From Mayamaea pseudoterrestris (lineage: Eukaryota), in contig BROI01000012.1 of NCBI GenBank assembly GCA_027923505.1, positions 620,001 to 684,000 on the forward strand: a DNA stretch of 64,000 nt. The letters are read 5' to 3'. A program made the position numbers and the translations under genes. The notes under the pieces were generated by a model. That model was given only the letters and a program-made list of their open reading frames with translations. It made no database searches and was not told where the DNA came from. Positions 19,771 to 31,960 of the stretch are shown piece after piece. The stretch's first letter is position 1. Every line of letters starts with the position of its first letter.

Positions 19771-21222
19771 TTACTTCTTCTTTGCCTTCTTGCTCTTTGA
19801 GGCATTTGCGAGTGTTTGCTTCCGCCGCTTGGCCTTGTCCGCCGCACGATACGCATTTTCTGCCAATGAAGCAATCTGTCCCGATCGCTCGCGCGCTTCC
19901 TTGAGGTCGTCCGGCACATTATCTGCAATACCAATAATGACGCGATCCTCCTGTCGTAGTTTGACAGCTCCGAGCGGCGCGCCCCGTGGCTTTTGGACAT
20001 GCTTGGCTAGCGTCACGGTGACTGGTGCTTTTCTCTCGTTCCTCGCGTCGCTGTAAAATAGTGCTAAATTGGCTGCAAGCTGCAAGCAGTCAGTTGTTGG
20101 CTCTGGCATGCCGCGGCTCTGCGGAATTAGCACGTGTGCTCCTGGTGTTCCTCTGGCGTGCATCCAAACGTCGTTTGGTCGCGCCTTGGTCATGCTCAAA
20201 TACTCGTTTCCTCGACGATTGCGACCAACGAGTATCATGGAGCCTGCCGGTGTAAATAATTTACGAACGTTTGATGAGGGTGTTCCAACTGACGGTTTGC
20301 GTTCTTTTTGTCGAGACTTTTGCATTTTCACTTCATCCCCATTGTCCACGGGCGGTTGAAAGCCTGTCGTTCGAGATGACTTTAACAATCGATCCTGGAC
20401 GAGTCGAAACAATTGCTCGTCGATGCTTCCATCAAGTGCCATTGCAGCCCCCAAATCCTTTTGCAACCCTTGCATCTTTTCTGCAGCTGCCGTCGTTTCT
20501 TCCGATAGTGCAACTACACGTTGCGAGCCACGTTTCAGCTTGCGAGCACGATCAAACAAGGCGGCTGCTTCGTCGGCGGCAGAGTCGTACTCAGGATCAA
20601 GTTTGAGTTCCACATTTTCTCCAGTATCCCAGTCTTGCACCGTTGCCGACTTGATACCAGGTTTGGCATACATGTACATGTAAGTTGTCAATAATTGAGC
20701 TCGTTGAATCAAGCTGTCAACCAATTCAATCGTTTTCGCCTCTTTCTCCAGCGACGCTTGTCGTCGTTGCAAATCCGACAAGCACTTCTCCACAGCAGTA
20801 CGCCACTGGTCGTATTCTCGTTGCTGATTGCTATCTTCGTCTTGTAGATCTGGTTCTGATTCTTCAATTTTGGAAAGTTCAGTTGATGGATGTGACCTGC
20901 CGTCATTGTCGTTACTATAATCATTGTCCCATATCGACTTGGACGAGTCGTCAAAGAGATTTTGTTGCAAGTCCTCATTGGCATCTTTTGCAACATTCAT
21001 TAACAAGCAAGTAGAAGTATGCATTTGCTTGTAAGCTGCATTTTCGAATGGTTTAATGATGAGCAAACAATGGTTACAGCCATTGTAGAGCCGATCATGA
21101 TGTTGGCCATGATGCGAAAGTGCCAAGTTTGAATGCATGCACCACGAGATTGCAGGTCGTATTTGCTTCGAGCAGAACAGTGATAGGGAGAGCATGAATC
21201 TTCTATTCATTACATGCCGCAT
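19771..21222 (-). CDS. NFACT-R (FbpA/RqcH C-terminal-type) RNA-binding domain protein
   Basis: Coiled coil with LFDRARKLKR, then ILVGRNRRGNEYLS...DVWMHARGTPGAHVLI...AANLALFYS...KHVQKPRGAPLGAV. Confidence 0.85.
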   Translation of the reverse strand: MRHVMNRRFMLSLSLFCSKQIRPAISWCMHSNLALSHHGQHHDRLYNGCNHCLLIIKPFENAAYKQMHTSTCLLMNVAKDANEDLQQNLFDDSSKSIWDNDYSNDNDGRSHPSTELSKIEESEPDLQDEDSNQQREYDQWRTAVEKCLSDLQRRQASLEKEAKTIELVDSLIQRAQLLTTYMYMYAKPGIKSATVQDWDTGENVELKLDPEYDSAADEAAALFDRARKLKRGSQRVVALSEETTAAAEKMQGLQKDLGAAMALDGSIDEQLFRLVQDRLLKSSRTTGFQPPVDNGDEVKMQKSRQKERKPSVGTPSSNVRKLFTPAGSMILVGRNRRGNEYLSMTKARPNDVWMHARGTPGAHVLIPQSRGMPEPTTDCLQLAANLALFYSDARNERKAPVTVTLAKHVQKPRGAPLGAVKLRQEDRVIIGIADNVPDDLKEARERSGQIASLAENAYRAADKAKRRKQTLANASKSKKAKKK

Positions 21223-21696
21223 TATGTTATAAGGGCCGTATTCGAATAGTTACAAGCATGTCGATACAAGTGGAGGGCCTGGCGCAGCGATGAAAGTGAT
21301 TTGAGTTGCTTTTGCCAAATGAGGTGCGACAAACAGCACGCATCGCACCGGTACACGTAGCGTTTCTCGGAGAAACTTCCAAAGTTGATGTCGCTTTCTG
21401 CGAAATCGTTCAATTTTTTCTTAGTATCACTGTGCCAAAAATTCCTCCGCCTTCAACTTCAAGATACATTCGATGCGAAGGCCTTAAGTATACTTAACGC
21501 CACGTATTGAAAATGACAATGACCTTCCCTTTGACCCTTTTGACTTTCCGGCGTGGGCGTCGGACTTTCCGCCGTTGGAAGCCGGCATCCCGACTCGCAT
21601 CAACCGCTAACATTTTTCTGACCCATTCGGAAACAAGTGCATTACGTACATACTTCATACGGTACAATTGTAGATCATTCGGTGTATGCAAATGCC

Positions 21697-23792
21697 ATGC
21701 CAGACAATAGCGAGTCGGACGATTATGATGACAAAGGAGAGACTGCAAACAATGGTGGCACAGCAGCAGCAGCATCATCGGCAGGTAGCCATCAAGCTCC
21801 ATCAAAATGCAGCTATCACGACTACTCAAAGGAACCCACCGAGGACGGCGCCATCACTCTGAAAAAGGATGGCGTCCAAAACTTTCCAATGAAGCTTCAT
21901 ACGATTCTTTCCAATAGCGAATTTAGCGATATCATTTCTTGGTTGCCGCATGGACGAGCCTGGCGGATCCTGCAGCACAAGGCGTTTGAGGAACGAGTCA
22001 TTCCGCTATTCTTTCGTCATGGCAGGTGGGTGTACATGATATGTGATTTAGTGTTGGTTTGAGGAGTTTGCATGCAGTTTGCTTGTTACAGGAGCAGAGG
22101 AATTTCTTGCACTGACCAATTCTGGATGCAATTTCTTACGCTTGAGCTACTTTCCTCATCTTATTTCACTGTCTGCCAACTACAGGTACTCCAGCTTTGC
22201 TCGCCAAGTCAATGGATGGGGCTTTAAAAGGATCAGTGCAGGTCCGGATTACAACTCTTACTATCACGAACTGTGAGTTGACCGAAAATGTGAGGGGTGC
22301 TGTTCAGTAATGAAACGCTCGTTTAGCTTTTACGCTCCGTTTGGTCACTTGAGCTAATCGCTCATGAACTGCCTTTTAACTTATATTATTCATCAGATTT
22401 CTCCGAGGGCTTCCACATCTCAGTCAGCGAATGAAGCGCGTCAGCACCAAGGAGGGAAAGTCTACCGGTAGTGAAGCAGTTGATCACGATGGAGAGCAAG
22501 TGGTGCCAGACTTTTATGCTATAAGTCGCGAGAATCCCATTCCTGATCTTCCAAGCGAAAGTGAGCATCAATCTCATCTTCCAGGGCTTTCATTAAATAC
22601 CAAGTCTCCAACACTGACAGGTCTCGGAATGGGAGGCAAGTCTAGTGGATTGCCGTCCACTGCTCCGCCTGCATCGAGTGTCAATGACGAGATTGCCTTG
22701 CTCGAGCAACGTCGGCGTGAATTACTCCTCCTCCAGCTTGCCACGCTCCAAGGTTCGCAAGGAAATCAAAATAGTCATCAAGGTTATAATATACCACCTG
22801 CTCCAGCGCATCAGCTTGACTTGAATGGCAATAGCAGCCAGCTCCTGGCGATGCTTGCTCCATACGGATTGGCAAACAATATGCCAACCAATCACGTCCA
22901 GCACGCAGGACTGGCAAACCCACCGCTTCCATCTGCAGCTACGATGCAACAGCTCTTGGCGTTCCAGCAGCTCGCTCCTGCGCCTTTACCAAACGCCATA
23001 CCAAACAACATTAATTGGAACGACTTGTTGAATCACAAACCACCAGCTGCTGCTGCGACTCCAGCTCCAGGTGCCTTGAATTTGTCGCAGCAATTGAATG
23101 GAGTCAATCTGCAGGCGTTACTGAGCGGTGGCAGCAATAATCCTGCTGCCGCTCTACAGCAACTACTTGGCAACCTCGGTAATCATTCGTCACAAGCCAG
23201 TGGCGGAGATGGCGTGTCACGGACGTCCCAAAGTCAAGCTATTAGTGAGAACGGTGGTGCCACATCGTCCCAATCTTCGTCACAAGGCCAATCTTCAGTT
23301 GATGATGTCCAAAAACTACTGCAGGCGGCGGCAGGTAACGGATGCATGACGAATGATGCATTGGAAGGGCTCAAGCGACAAATGGGTGTGTTGCAAAATG
23401 CTCCTAGTGCGCCGCAGGCGTCATTAAATACTGATTGGCAGCGCCAACTTGGTCTCATGACTGCAGCTGCATCGAATAACTTGACATTGCCACAGCCACC
23501 TGCAGCGACAAATGTTGCCGACTTGCTGGCTCAGTTGCAACGTCAGGCGGCGGGCGGTAGCACGAACAATGCTTTGACGACACAGGAGCTCGCGCAACGG
23601 CAACACTCACAAGAGTCTAACGGAGTTCCATCTAGTTTGCGTACCGGTAATCAGGGTAGCGGTGGATCTGGTCAGCCGCAAAGTTCTTCTGAATCACAAG
23701 TCGCCGACATGCAGCGGTTGTTGACGAGCGGCGGGGGAGCAAATGCGAACGAACTGATAGCTATGTTACTAGGTAATAGTGGTGGAAGGTGA
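21697..23792 (+). CDS. HSF: Heat-shock-factor-type transcription factor; exons 21697-22025, 22186-22272 and 22397-23792
   Basis: FPMKLH.IL...IISWLPHGRAW...FF.HG|RYSSFARQVNGWGFKRI..YYHE|LFLRGLPHL, assembled across two GT-AG introns. Q/N/S-rich tail. Confidence 0.9.
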
Positions 23793-24011
23793 TCACAGCT
23801 TCATCGTGTACTTGCTGCTCCGCTGGCAATGATTAGACCAATGAGAATATTGCTAATATCCACTACTGCATTCGTGACGCGAACGGAGTGGATGCTTATA
23901 TTGTTACTTGTCGTTTGAGTATCCTTCAATATCATTATTCTTCTGTGTATACTCAAACTAATAACAGACGACTTATTGTGAAGTGGCTGCTTTGTAAATA
24001 GGGGTACGCAA

Positions 24012-24819
24012 TTATTCAGAGTTTGCGACAACGTCAGCTCCTTCTACCGCTCCATCGGCTTTCGTGTCTTGCCATCCATGATGCTGCTGCTGTCGCTGCG
24101 GTCCATCGTCAGCTGATGATGAAAGGTCACCTGCAGCACCGGCCGGCATTTCAGTTCGTTGCGTGCCAGTGTTGAGTCGAATGACCTGGTCAATATCGGC
24201 TGGGGCAAAAATATCTCGACCATCCACTAAATGAATCTTATACGGCGCCAAGGCCCCCTCCGGCCACTGCGCCTCGCGATACCATAGCTGCGTGACAACG
24301 CCTGGCAACCAGTCCGTGGCGCCGACCCGGCAAAGTACTTGAGTTCCAACGTTGAATCGAAGAGCGGGTACTTCAGTGGGCGGCCATGCCGCCTCCTCGC
24401 CGCAAAACCACTTTTCCAACACTTCGACTGTAGGAAAGCTATGTTCAAGTTCTTCCTTGTCAATATCCTTGGCTTCTGCTGGAATACCAAACATACCCTG
24501 TCCTCCGCTAGAATTGTAATGAGAGTAGTAGAAGGACTAAACAAGTAAGTTCCAGCAGATCCAGAAGACCGTCAAGAAGTATAATGGCACACTGCAAAAC
24601 TAAACCTCTTTTTGCTGCTCACCTTTCAAACAATAACGTAACAACTGTATCAATGGGAGCGCATTGTGGATCACCGCATTGCATTTCCTGGATGCTAATC
24701 GTTGCGGCCGCCTGCAAATGCTGGGGAATGAGTTCCTCAACGAGTCCTTCGAGTCGTCGGTAATGAGCCTGCTTCTCCGCGAGCTCCTGCTTGACGTCTC
24801 TACCCGGCATGAACATCAT
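24012..24819 (-). CDS. Two-domain protein: QCGDPQCAPIDT Cys motif plus LRF.VG..V.C SH3-like domain; exons 24819-24623 and 24507-24012
   Basis: GT-AG intron at 24622-24508 joins ...LLFE-S-GGQGMFGIP in frame. Confidence 0.75.
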
Positions 24820-25305
24820 GATGAACTATTGTCTTCGTGCAGATGTTTATCGACAAGAGAAATAGAGAAAAAGGCCTTGATGCGTTCTAGTTTTCTGACA
24901 ATTTTGTTCGTCTACGACTGTCGTTTGGTTTGACGCAAATCCGGGATTAGTTCCTTACAATCTGCTGCCAACTTTGGTTTGTCGTGCAGAGTGATAAAGG
25001 CGATGCCGATTGGAGAAGAAGCAACCCACTCGCTGTAAGTCTTCACCTCAACTTTTCCTCGGTGCGGTTTTGTGTTTGTGGTCTTCGAACATGGCATTGC
25101 CATTCGCTTTGCGACATCGCCACGTCATTACTTTATGCCGCTGCGACGTTTTCAGATGACCTTTCCAACTCTTCCGAGCCACGCGACCATGAGAGTAACA
25201 GCAGGATCCGTTTCTGCATTTCTGAATCGCGGCGCTGAGTATCATAGCGCCGTATTTCTTTCCATTTCAGACAGTGCGGTTTTTTGTTGCAAAAGTTTGT
25301 CGAGT

Positions 25306-27825
25306 ATGGATGAAGGGGATGACGATTCGGCGTTTGCACGTCCCTCCGAATCACAAAACGCCGACGATGGGACGACGATGTCGTTGACGCCTCCATCGCC
25401 AGACCCAGTGGACACAGGTCCATTGACAGACAATAAGGCTTTGCCGGAAGCAGAAATGGACCATGATCTATTGGGATTTGGAGTTGATGCACCCGTAGTG
25501 GGACCAGTCGCTACGTCTTCGGCCGCCGAATCAAACGACATTCTAGACTTGTTTTCGTCTCCGTCGCCACAACAGCCTGCTACCAGCGCTCCTATGGTAG
25601 ATCCATTCGCGGACTTTACGACAACTCCAAACAGCTCTTTCGCTGCAACTGAAGATCCTGTCACTTTAGATAATGGAAATGGCCACAAAAACACAGAACT
25701 AGCGAGTGCTAATGGTATATTTAATGATGTCTTTTCCTCGCCTTCAGCCGCAGTGACAACGACGACGTCAATGAAGTCTTCAACCTTGGACCCACTCTAT
25801 CAAGAGTCTCCGCAATTTGGAAATGACTTTGCCCAAATTAGTGAAAAGGAGGAATCAGATTCTTTCGTTCAACAAGCTGCAGACGTACAGAAAACTGCGC
25901 CAGCCGAGGTGCAACACGTCAATCAACCAGCTTCGGAAGCAGCCGATGATGACAACGACGCGATGAAGCGTACAAAGCAACAGTTGGAAAATCTGCAGCT
26001 AGACTGTAATGAGAAAGACAGGACCATTAAGGAGTTACAGCAAGCGCTTGATAAAGCTGCATCGCCAGAGCAGTTACAAGTTGTCAATCCCGAAATGGAG
26101 CGCCTGCAGCAAGCACTAGATCAAGCACAAACGCAGATACAACAAGAGCAGCAAGATGCAGCTACAAAGCTGCAGCAGGTGGAAGCAAAACAACGAGATG
26201 AACTTGCGGATCTACAGAAACAGCTCGACGAGGCCAATGCGCGTGCACAAGGATTCAAAACTGATCAAGCTCGGTACAGGGAGCTTCAATCGCTTTGGAG
26301 CACGGAGCAAACCAAGCGCGTGCAGGCAGAGGAGAGATCAACGACTGCCGAAAGTACCGTTGGGGAATTGAGAAAGCTGCTGGACCAGCAGGGCGACGAT
26401 ATAAATCGATTGCGCGACAAGATCGCCACTGTCACGAGAGAATCTGACGAAAAGGTTCGAGCTGCTGAGGAAAGTGTTGGCAGGTTGGAAGAGGTCTTAC
26501 AGCAACAAAAGGCGGAGCTGACGACAATGCAGGAAGCTGCAATTGCTGCCGCTAACGAACCAGCACCAGACGCTGTAGACGAAATGCGCCGAATGAAGCT
26601 GGAGCTTGAAACAAAAACTGTTGATTTGGAACGCATGGAGAAGGAGATTCAGACACTACGCGAAGAAAATGCGCGACAAGAAACGGAGCATAACTTGCTC
26701 AAGGCTGCCTACGATGAGCAGCATCGAAAGGAGGTGGCACTTACGAATCGACTTAATGCGGCCAAGAAGACGGAAGCCGAAAAGAGTGGTATCGCCGAGC
26801 GACTGGAAGATTTGTTGAAGGCTGTGACGGAGGAACTGGAAGTGACAAAACTTGATTTGAAGAATGCGCAGATGGATAAGGAGCAAGTGGAGAATGCATT
26901 GGAAAAGCTCACCAAGTCATCGCAAGCCAAACTTGCTGATGCAGAAGCAGCGCTCAACGATGAACGCACTCTCAATGAAGAACGGAAAAAGAAAATGAAG
27001 GCCTTTGTTGAAACCAAAGTTGATGAGATGCGGCAGTTGCAAACGGACAATGATGCTCTTCAAAGCGAAGTATCCACGACGAGCAAATCATTGGTCGACC
27101 TCAATAACCGGTGGAAGCAACTTCATGCCCAGTGGGTACAATCTCAGACGCGCAACCGGGAGCTGCAGCGCGATTTAAACCGGATGAAGAAGGATTCCGA
27201 AAATTTACATAAAGCCGGTGATTCGATTCAAATGAAGCTTTCGCGCTCAACTAACGAAACGGAAGAGCACAAGAATAAGCGCCTCGCGGCAAAGCATGAA
27301 CTCATGACTGTTTTACGAACTTTGGAAATCGAGCGCGAGCTGAACAACAGGCTACGCGACAATATCAAATATACATTTACACCAAAAGCGCTCAGCCAGC
27401 AGCAGCTTGTACGTGAAGCGTTAGAGGATTTTGAGGCCCAGCTATTGAAGCTCGCACAGCGCCTTTCCGTTCCATTGCCGCCAACATCATCAAGTGTGTC
27501 GCTAACAGACATGGCAAATGGAGCGTCGCCCATCTCCAATGGAGACGCTGCTACTCTCGATGATGATGTTGCCAAGTTGGATCATGAAACGCAGCGCGTC
27601 TCGCAAAGCATCATGTTGCTGTCGGACAACATTGAAAGGCTTCGAACTATGCTGGAGATACGGGGTAGTCGAAGCTGCGCCAGTGTCTTGACGGAGCTGA
27701 TAACGACCGGAGCTATGCGCTCAAGTCCAGCAGCCATTGCTGACGATCGAGTGCCAATGACTGGTGCGAGAATGAACGCGGTAGGGTCACAGCGCTATGG
27801 ACATGTACCGGGCGGTTCACCTTGA
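25306..27825 (+). CDS. Large coiled-coil protein with acidic disordered N-terminus (golgin/myosin-tail-like)
   Basis: Long heptad-rich E/K/Q/L region, with DLLGF and DPFADF short motifs in the N-terminus. Likely start MDEGDDD. Confidence 0.75.
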   Translation: MDEGDDDSAFARPSESQNADDGTTMSLTPPSPDPVDTGPLTDNKALPEAEMDHDLLGFGVDAPVVGPVATSSAAESNDILDLFSSPSPQQPATSAPMVDPFADFTTTPNSSFAATEDPVTLDNGNGHKNTELASANGIFNDVFSSPSAAVTTTTSMKSSTLDPLYQESPQFGNDFAQISEKEESDSFVQQAADVQKTAPAEVQHVNQPASEAADDDNDAMKRTKQQLENLQLDCNEKDRTIKELQQALDKAASPEQLQVVNPEMERLQQALDQAQTQIQQEQQDAATKLQQVEAKQRDELADLQKQLDEANARAQGFKTDQARYRELQSLWSTEQTKRVQAEERSTTAESTVGELRKLLDQQGDDINRLRDKIATVTRESDEKVRAAEESVGRLEEVLQQQKAELTTMQEAAIAAANEPAPDAVDEMRRMKLELETKTVDLERMEKEIQTLREENARQETEHNLLKAAYDEQHRKEVALTNRLNAAKKTEAEKSGIAERLEDLLKAVTEELEVTKLDLKNAQMDKEQVENALEKLTKSSQAKLADAEAALNDERTLNEERKKKMKAFVETKVDEMRQLQTDNDALQSEVSTTSKSLVDLNNRWKQLHAQWVQSQTRNRELQRDLNRMKKDSENLHKAGDSIQMKLSRSTNETEEHKNKRLAAKHELMTVLRTLEIERELNNRLRDNIKYTFTPKALSQQQLVREALEDFEAQLLKLAQRLSVPLPPTSSSVSLTDMANGASPISNGDAATLDDDVAKLDHETQRVSQSIMLLSDNIERLRTMLEIRGSRSCASVLTELITTGAMRSSPAAIADDRVPMTGARMNAVGSQRYGHVPGGSP

Positions 27826-28132
27826 AATAGCCTAGCAAGTGTGGTCTCGTCAGCTGCAATCATGGAGCTAAAGGCGTGCTTCTTGCGTTACTGTATGTCT
27901 GCCTTGCATCTGAAAGCCGGTACAAATAATGGCAGATTCAAATATAAATGTAATTGACGCTAGTATATATCAAGGCGCAGCAAATAGCTGGCTTAAGAGT
28001 GGCTCTTTCTTTTTTACAATACGAAACAATCAGAAGTGCTGCCATCTTACAACCCGGCGAAGGTAATGTGAAAAGTGCCGATATCTGACCATTGAAAGAC
28101 AGGCACAATAATATTGTCGCAAGAGCACACTA

Positions 28133-28845
28133 TCAGTTGCTGTGCACGGGAGCACCTCTCTCCAGCACAGGAGACGGAGGATCATCCTGCTCGCCACCAG
28201 CTGCATCCGCCGCCGCTGCCGCCTGCATTTGCAAATGCTCCTGCAAGTGAATAGGATGGACTAATTCTCCAGAAACACTACATATATACATGCCTTCATC
28301 TTCGGTCACGCCCTTCCAAGTCCAGCCTTCGCTCGCATATTCCAAGGCGTTTCTGTGAGAAGGTAAACGTAACGTGAGATGCTGCGCCATGCTGCTGATT
28401 ATTACCTATGAATAACCAATGTCTAACAGCCAACTCACCGTTCAGCATTTTCCTGTAGCTCATGTCGATTGCTCCAAATTAAACTCTTAATGCGGTCGCT
28501 ATATTCATGTCGTGTTGGTATCGGAACGACTTCCACCTCCTCATTGAAAACGATGCGGCGATTATTCTTTCCCTCCTCTGATAATGATGATGGCGGTTCC
28601 GCATTGTTGAGCTTGTCCGTGTAGGGAACAACGTTACCGAGCGGTGGGCGAATGGCGCTACCGTCGGGTGGAGATGGTCGCAACGTGTACCCAACTCCCA
28701 TGCCGCGAAGGATCCGGAGCCGACGATTCTGTGCGGCTGTTAATGGCTGGGCGCCACTAGTCTGATTCATGGGATCGTATATGCCGAGTTTGTTCAAAAG
28801 GCGAGATCGGATCTGCGTATCGGATGCGTTTGGCGGGCTGCTCAT
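28133..28845 (-). CDS. Conserved diatom-type hypothetical protein; exons 28845-28439 and 28352-28133
   Basis: IRSRLLNKLGI ... VFNEEVEVVPIP.RHEYS...W...ENAER|NALEYASEGW.W...HPIH, joined by a GT-AG intron at 28438-28353. Confidence 0.75.
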
Positions 28846-29502
28846 GACGTTTAAAGGGCGAAGAAAGTCGTGGTGACGGACAAATGGGTTGCGAGTTGGT
28901 AAAAAGCCTGTCGATTCAGTATAAGGAGATCGAAAGAGAGGTGCTATGATATTGATGATCGCTGTATGTGATTGGAATTACAGTGTCAAGCTATGTAAAG
29001 GTAAATGATGGACTTCCTCGTTTCGGTCTCTTTTGTTTTCGGAGGAGAAAGCAGCTTGTGTGTGTTGAGTTGAGCAGCGGGTTTGGACGCAGCTCGTCGA
29101 TGCAGCAGTGGCCGAGTGACATGCCGACGCGTCAGCGTCGCTATTTAATATTCCCCCAACTCCTCAACGTTCGTATGACATTCAACGATTAGCCAATCTT
29201 TCAGTTCCTGTCATAGTCAACGGTCATAAACTTCAACTTCTTCCGGAGTATTTAGAAGGCAATACGCCAGATTGTGTGTCGTGCGTTCTCAAGCGTACGT
29301 ACTTACTTATTGCTTTCTATCTTGATCTCGGAGCATCCTCTAAAGAGTGGGAAAAGACGCATCCAAAGGCACTCTGCTTGAAAGTACAAACTGACTCGTA
29401 TGGTAGCTACATACATAACATGCTGCCCAAAACTTAACGGTGCTAACCTTTACGTAGTATGAATCTTTAATCTGTAAACAAAGCATACATTTCTATTTCA
29501 GG

Positions 29503-31787
29503 CTAGCTGATGGAGTGCACAATCGTTTCGCGGACATTTTGAGGACCAAAGGTTTCGGTTGATGCGCAAATCTCCTCGTGTTTGATCTTGGAGCCTGAGG
29601 GTCTCGTCTCGACAGGTGCTGGATTCACCGCTCTGATTGGCGTTCTAGTTTTATATATCGTTTCTGATGCGGCTACTTTGAGCTGCTTAACCTTTCCAAT
29701 GAGCTCATCTAGCGATAGACAGTCGCAAGTCTTGGGGGCCAATTCCTCGCCATGCTCACATGGGCAGACGAATCGACGATGATCGGAGGAGATTTCCGAG
29801 CTGGCGGGGTAAGCCAGCACTGTCGATCCGTCAACAATTTGGAGAGGCGACCCTCCTAACGCGGTGGATACCAGTCGCCGACGTAGCGCAGCATCAAATG
29901 AAGCTTGACTCAAAAAATCATTTTCAATGGGCATTTGCCCTTTCGTTGCCAGGAGTAACTTGTGCGATTGCAGCAAACCAACAGTGGTGGGAAGAAGCGT
30001 AAATCCAGCTTGTTCGACTCGCCGCCTGTGTTCACTAATGGCCGTACCCTCGACAAAAGATGTTTCTTCGATTTTGAATGAAAAGAGTTGAAATGTCCTT
30101 GACTTGCCACTAGCATGCCATTTTGTGCCATGGACCGATAAATATCCTCGAAGGAGAAACGAGCCGCATTGGTGGCGTTAGAAGCACCAAAGAGAGATAC
30201 AGGGTCACTGCAAGGCACCGCAAACTGTTGTTAGAACATGACAGTGGAATAAATTATATGTAAGCACAGCTTGACTTACACGTCCAGTATCACCACGTCG
30301 TATTCGTATGTTGGTGACTGCCGGAACCAGTCCACGCCATTCGCGTACTCGATGGACACTCGAGTGTCGTCAAAGCAAGATAGAACATTGCTGCCAACTA
30401 GGTCGCTGCAGTTGCTCCAATCCATTAAGTGAGTGCGGGCTAGGCTAACCAAAGTTTCGTCTCTCTCAATGACCACCACTGACTGAACACTTTCGTGTCG
30501 AAGCACTTCTCGCAGGGCAGCTCCAGTTCCTCCTCCAACAATGACAACCTTGCGAGGATGTTCATGCATTAACATGGCCGGATGAACTAGCACTTCAATA
30601 TACTGCGCCTCGGTTAGCCGACGACTTTGGACAACACCATTCATCAGCAAAATTCGGTCAGGTTTGTAAAGATCCGCGTGCTGCGACTCGTACGAGCCAT
30701 TCGTCGCGTCCAGTGACCGCTCATGGTCGGCACGCCGTCTCGGATACCCAATCACATCGTACACTTCCAGCAAGTCGCCGTGGGAGGTTGTCCTTGACGT
30801 TACTCGTTCCTTGAGCTCATATTCCATCGACCCAAGCACATATCGCTCGAACAATGCTTGCTCGGCATCAGTTTCGTCATTGTCGTTGGAAAAGCCTCGT
30901 CGTTTGAGCGCCCACTTGCTCTGCGGCAGCGTCGTAGCCTTGGTTGGATCCGCCGATGGCACTCCAAAAAACTCTTGGAGTGCGTGGACGATCTCATGTA
31001 TGGCATCCTCTCGCTGAAATGTCATTAGGTCCAAGAGTATTACACCCTCATCCGGCCACGTGTGAAAGGTAATGTGGCTCTTGAGCATGACGCCTACACA
31101 AGTGACGCCGGTTGGAAAGAGCGCGTGGCAGTGAACCGAGAGTAATTGCAGATTGCCTCGTTGCGACGTATCAATCATGGCTTGGGACAGTCGACCCGCA
31201 TGATTGAGAAACAGCGAGTCAACGTGTTGAATATCAATGAGAATGTGCTGGCCTGATGAGTATGAATAATGAAAGTCTGTCGGTGATGGTGGTGGCTTTG
31301 ATTCGAAAGATGAAGCACTGGTATCAATCGCAGAAAAATCCTTGCGAGCCAACACGGATGTCGACGTCGCTGGAAACGATGTATCAAAGTTTCTTGCCGA
31401 GTAGACTGTAGATGGTAAGGACACATTCATCAAGTACGTCACCGGAGGAAGATCCATGTGACCATTTGCAATTGACTGCTCGTCTCCTATGATTTCGACC
31501 GTTAAAAGATTTCGTGAAGCATCCATTTGCAACCGACACGCTTGTCCGAAACCAAAGGAAAGCATCGACGCAACTAACAAAGAAGCGACCATGAAGGATC
31601 CCGGAAGGGCGAACCGAAAGGAAGACGGTAACATATCATCAACATGAAAGTCATGGTGAGACACAACCGACTCCTTCACTTTGATGTTGCTACCGAAAGA
31701 CTTCATTGTACCTCGTCGTCGGCTCTTGCCTGCCGCGATATTGTGGTTTGGTTCGTTGCAAGGGTCCCGAGCGACGTCCTTGCACAT
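29503..31787 (-). CDS. S-adenosylmethionine decarboxylase / spermidine-synthase-like aminopropyltransferase fusion; intron 30279-30208; apparent frameshift near 30060-30110
   Basis: GQHILIDI...GVTCVGVMLKSHITFHTWPDEGVILLDL (class 1b AdoMetDC), then ILLMNGVVQS..YIEVLVHPAM..HPRKVVIVGGGTGAALREVLRH...YDVVILD|VDP. The C-terminal RRR..T..G.SPL...DG segment is in a different frame. Confidence 0.85.
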
Positions 31788-31960
31788 GACAAGATTTATA
31801 TCAAGGCCTTCCGGATGCTATTATGTCGACATGGGTCGACGGATGGCGAGGCAATGGAACGCTTCCAGGAAATGTTATGTGACCACGCGCGCTTATTTTC
31901 CAACGCGCAAGCCGAGTCGTTCGGCGAGCACGAAATTTCGAGAACCAATACGATTAATGC

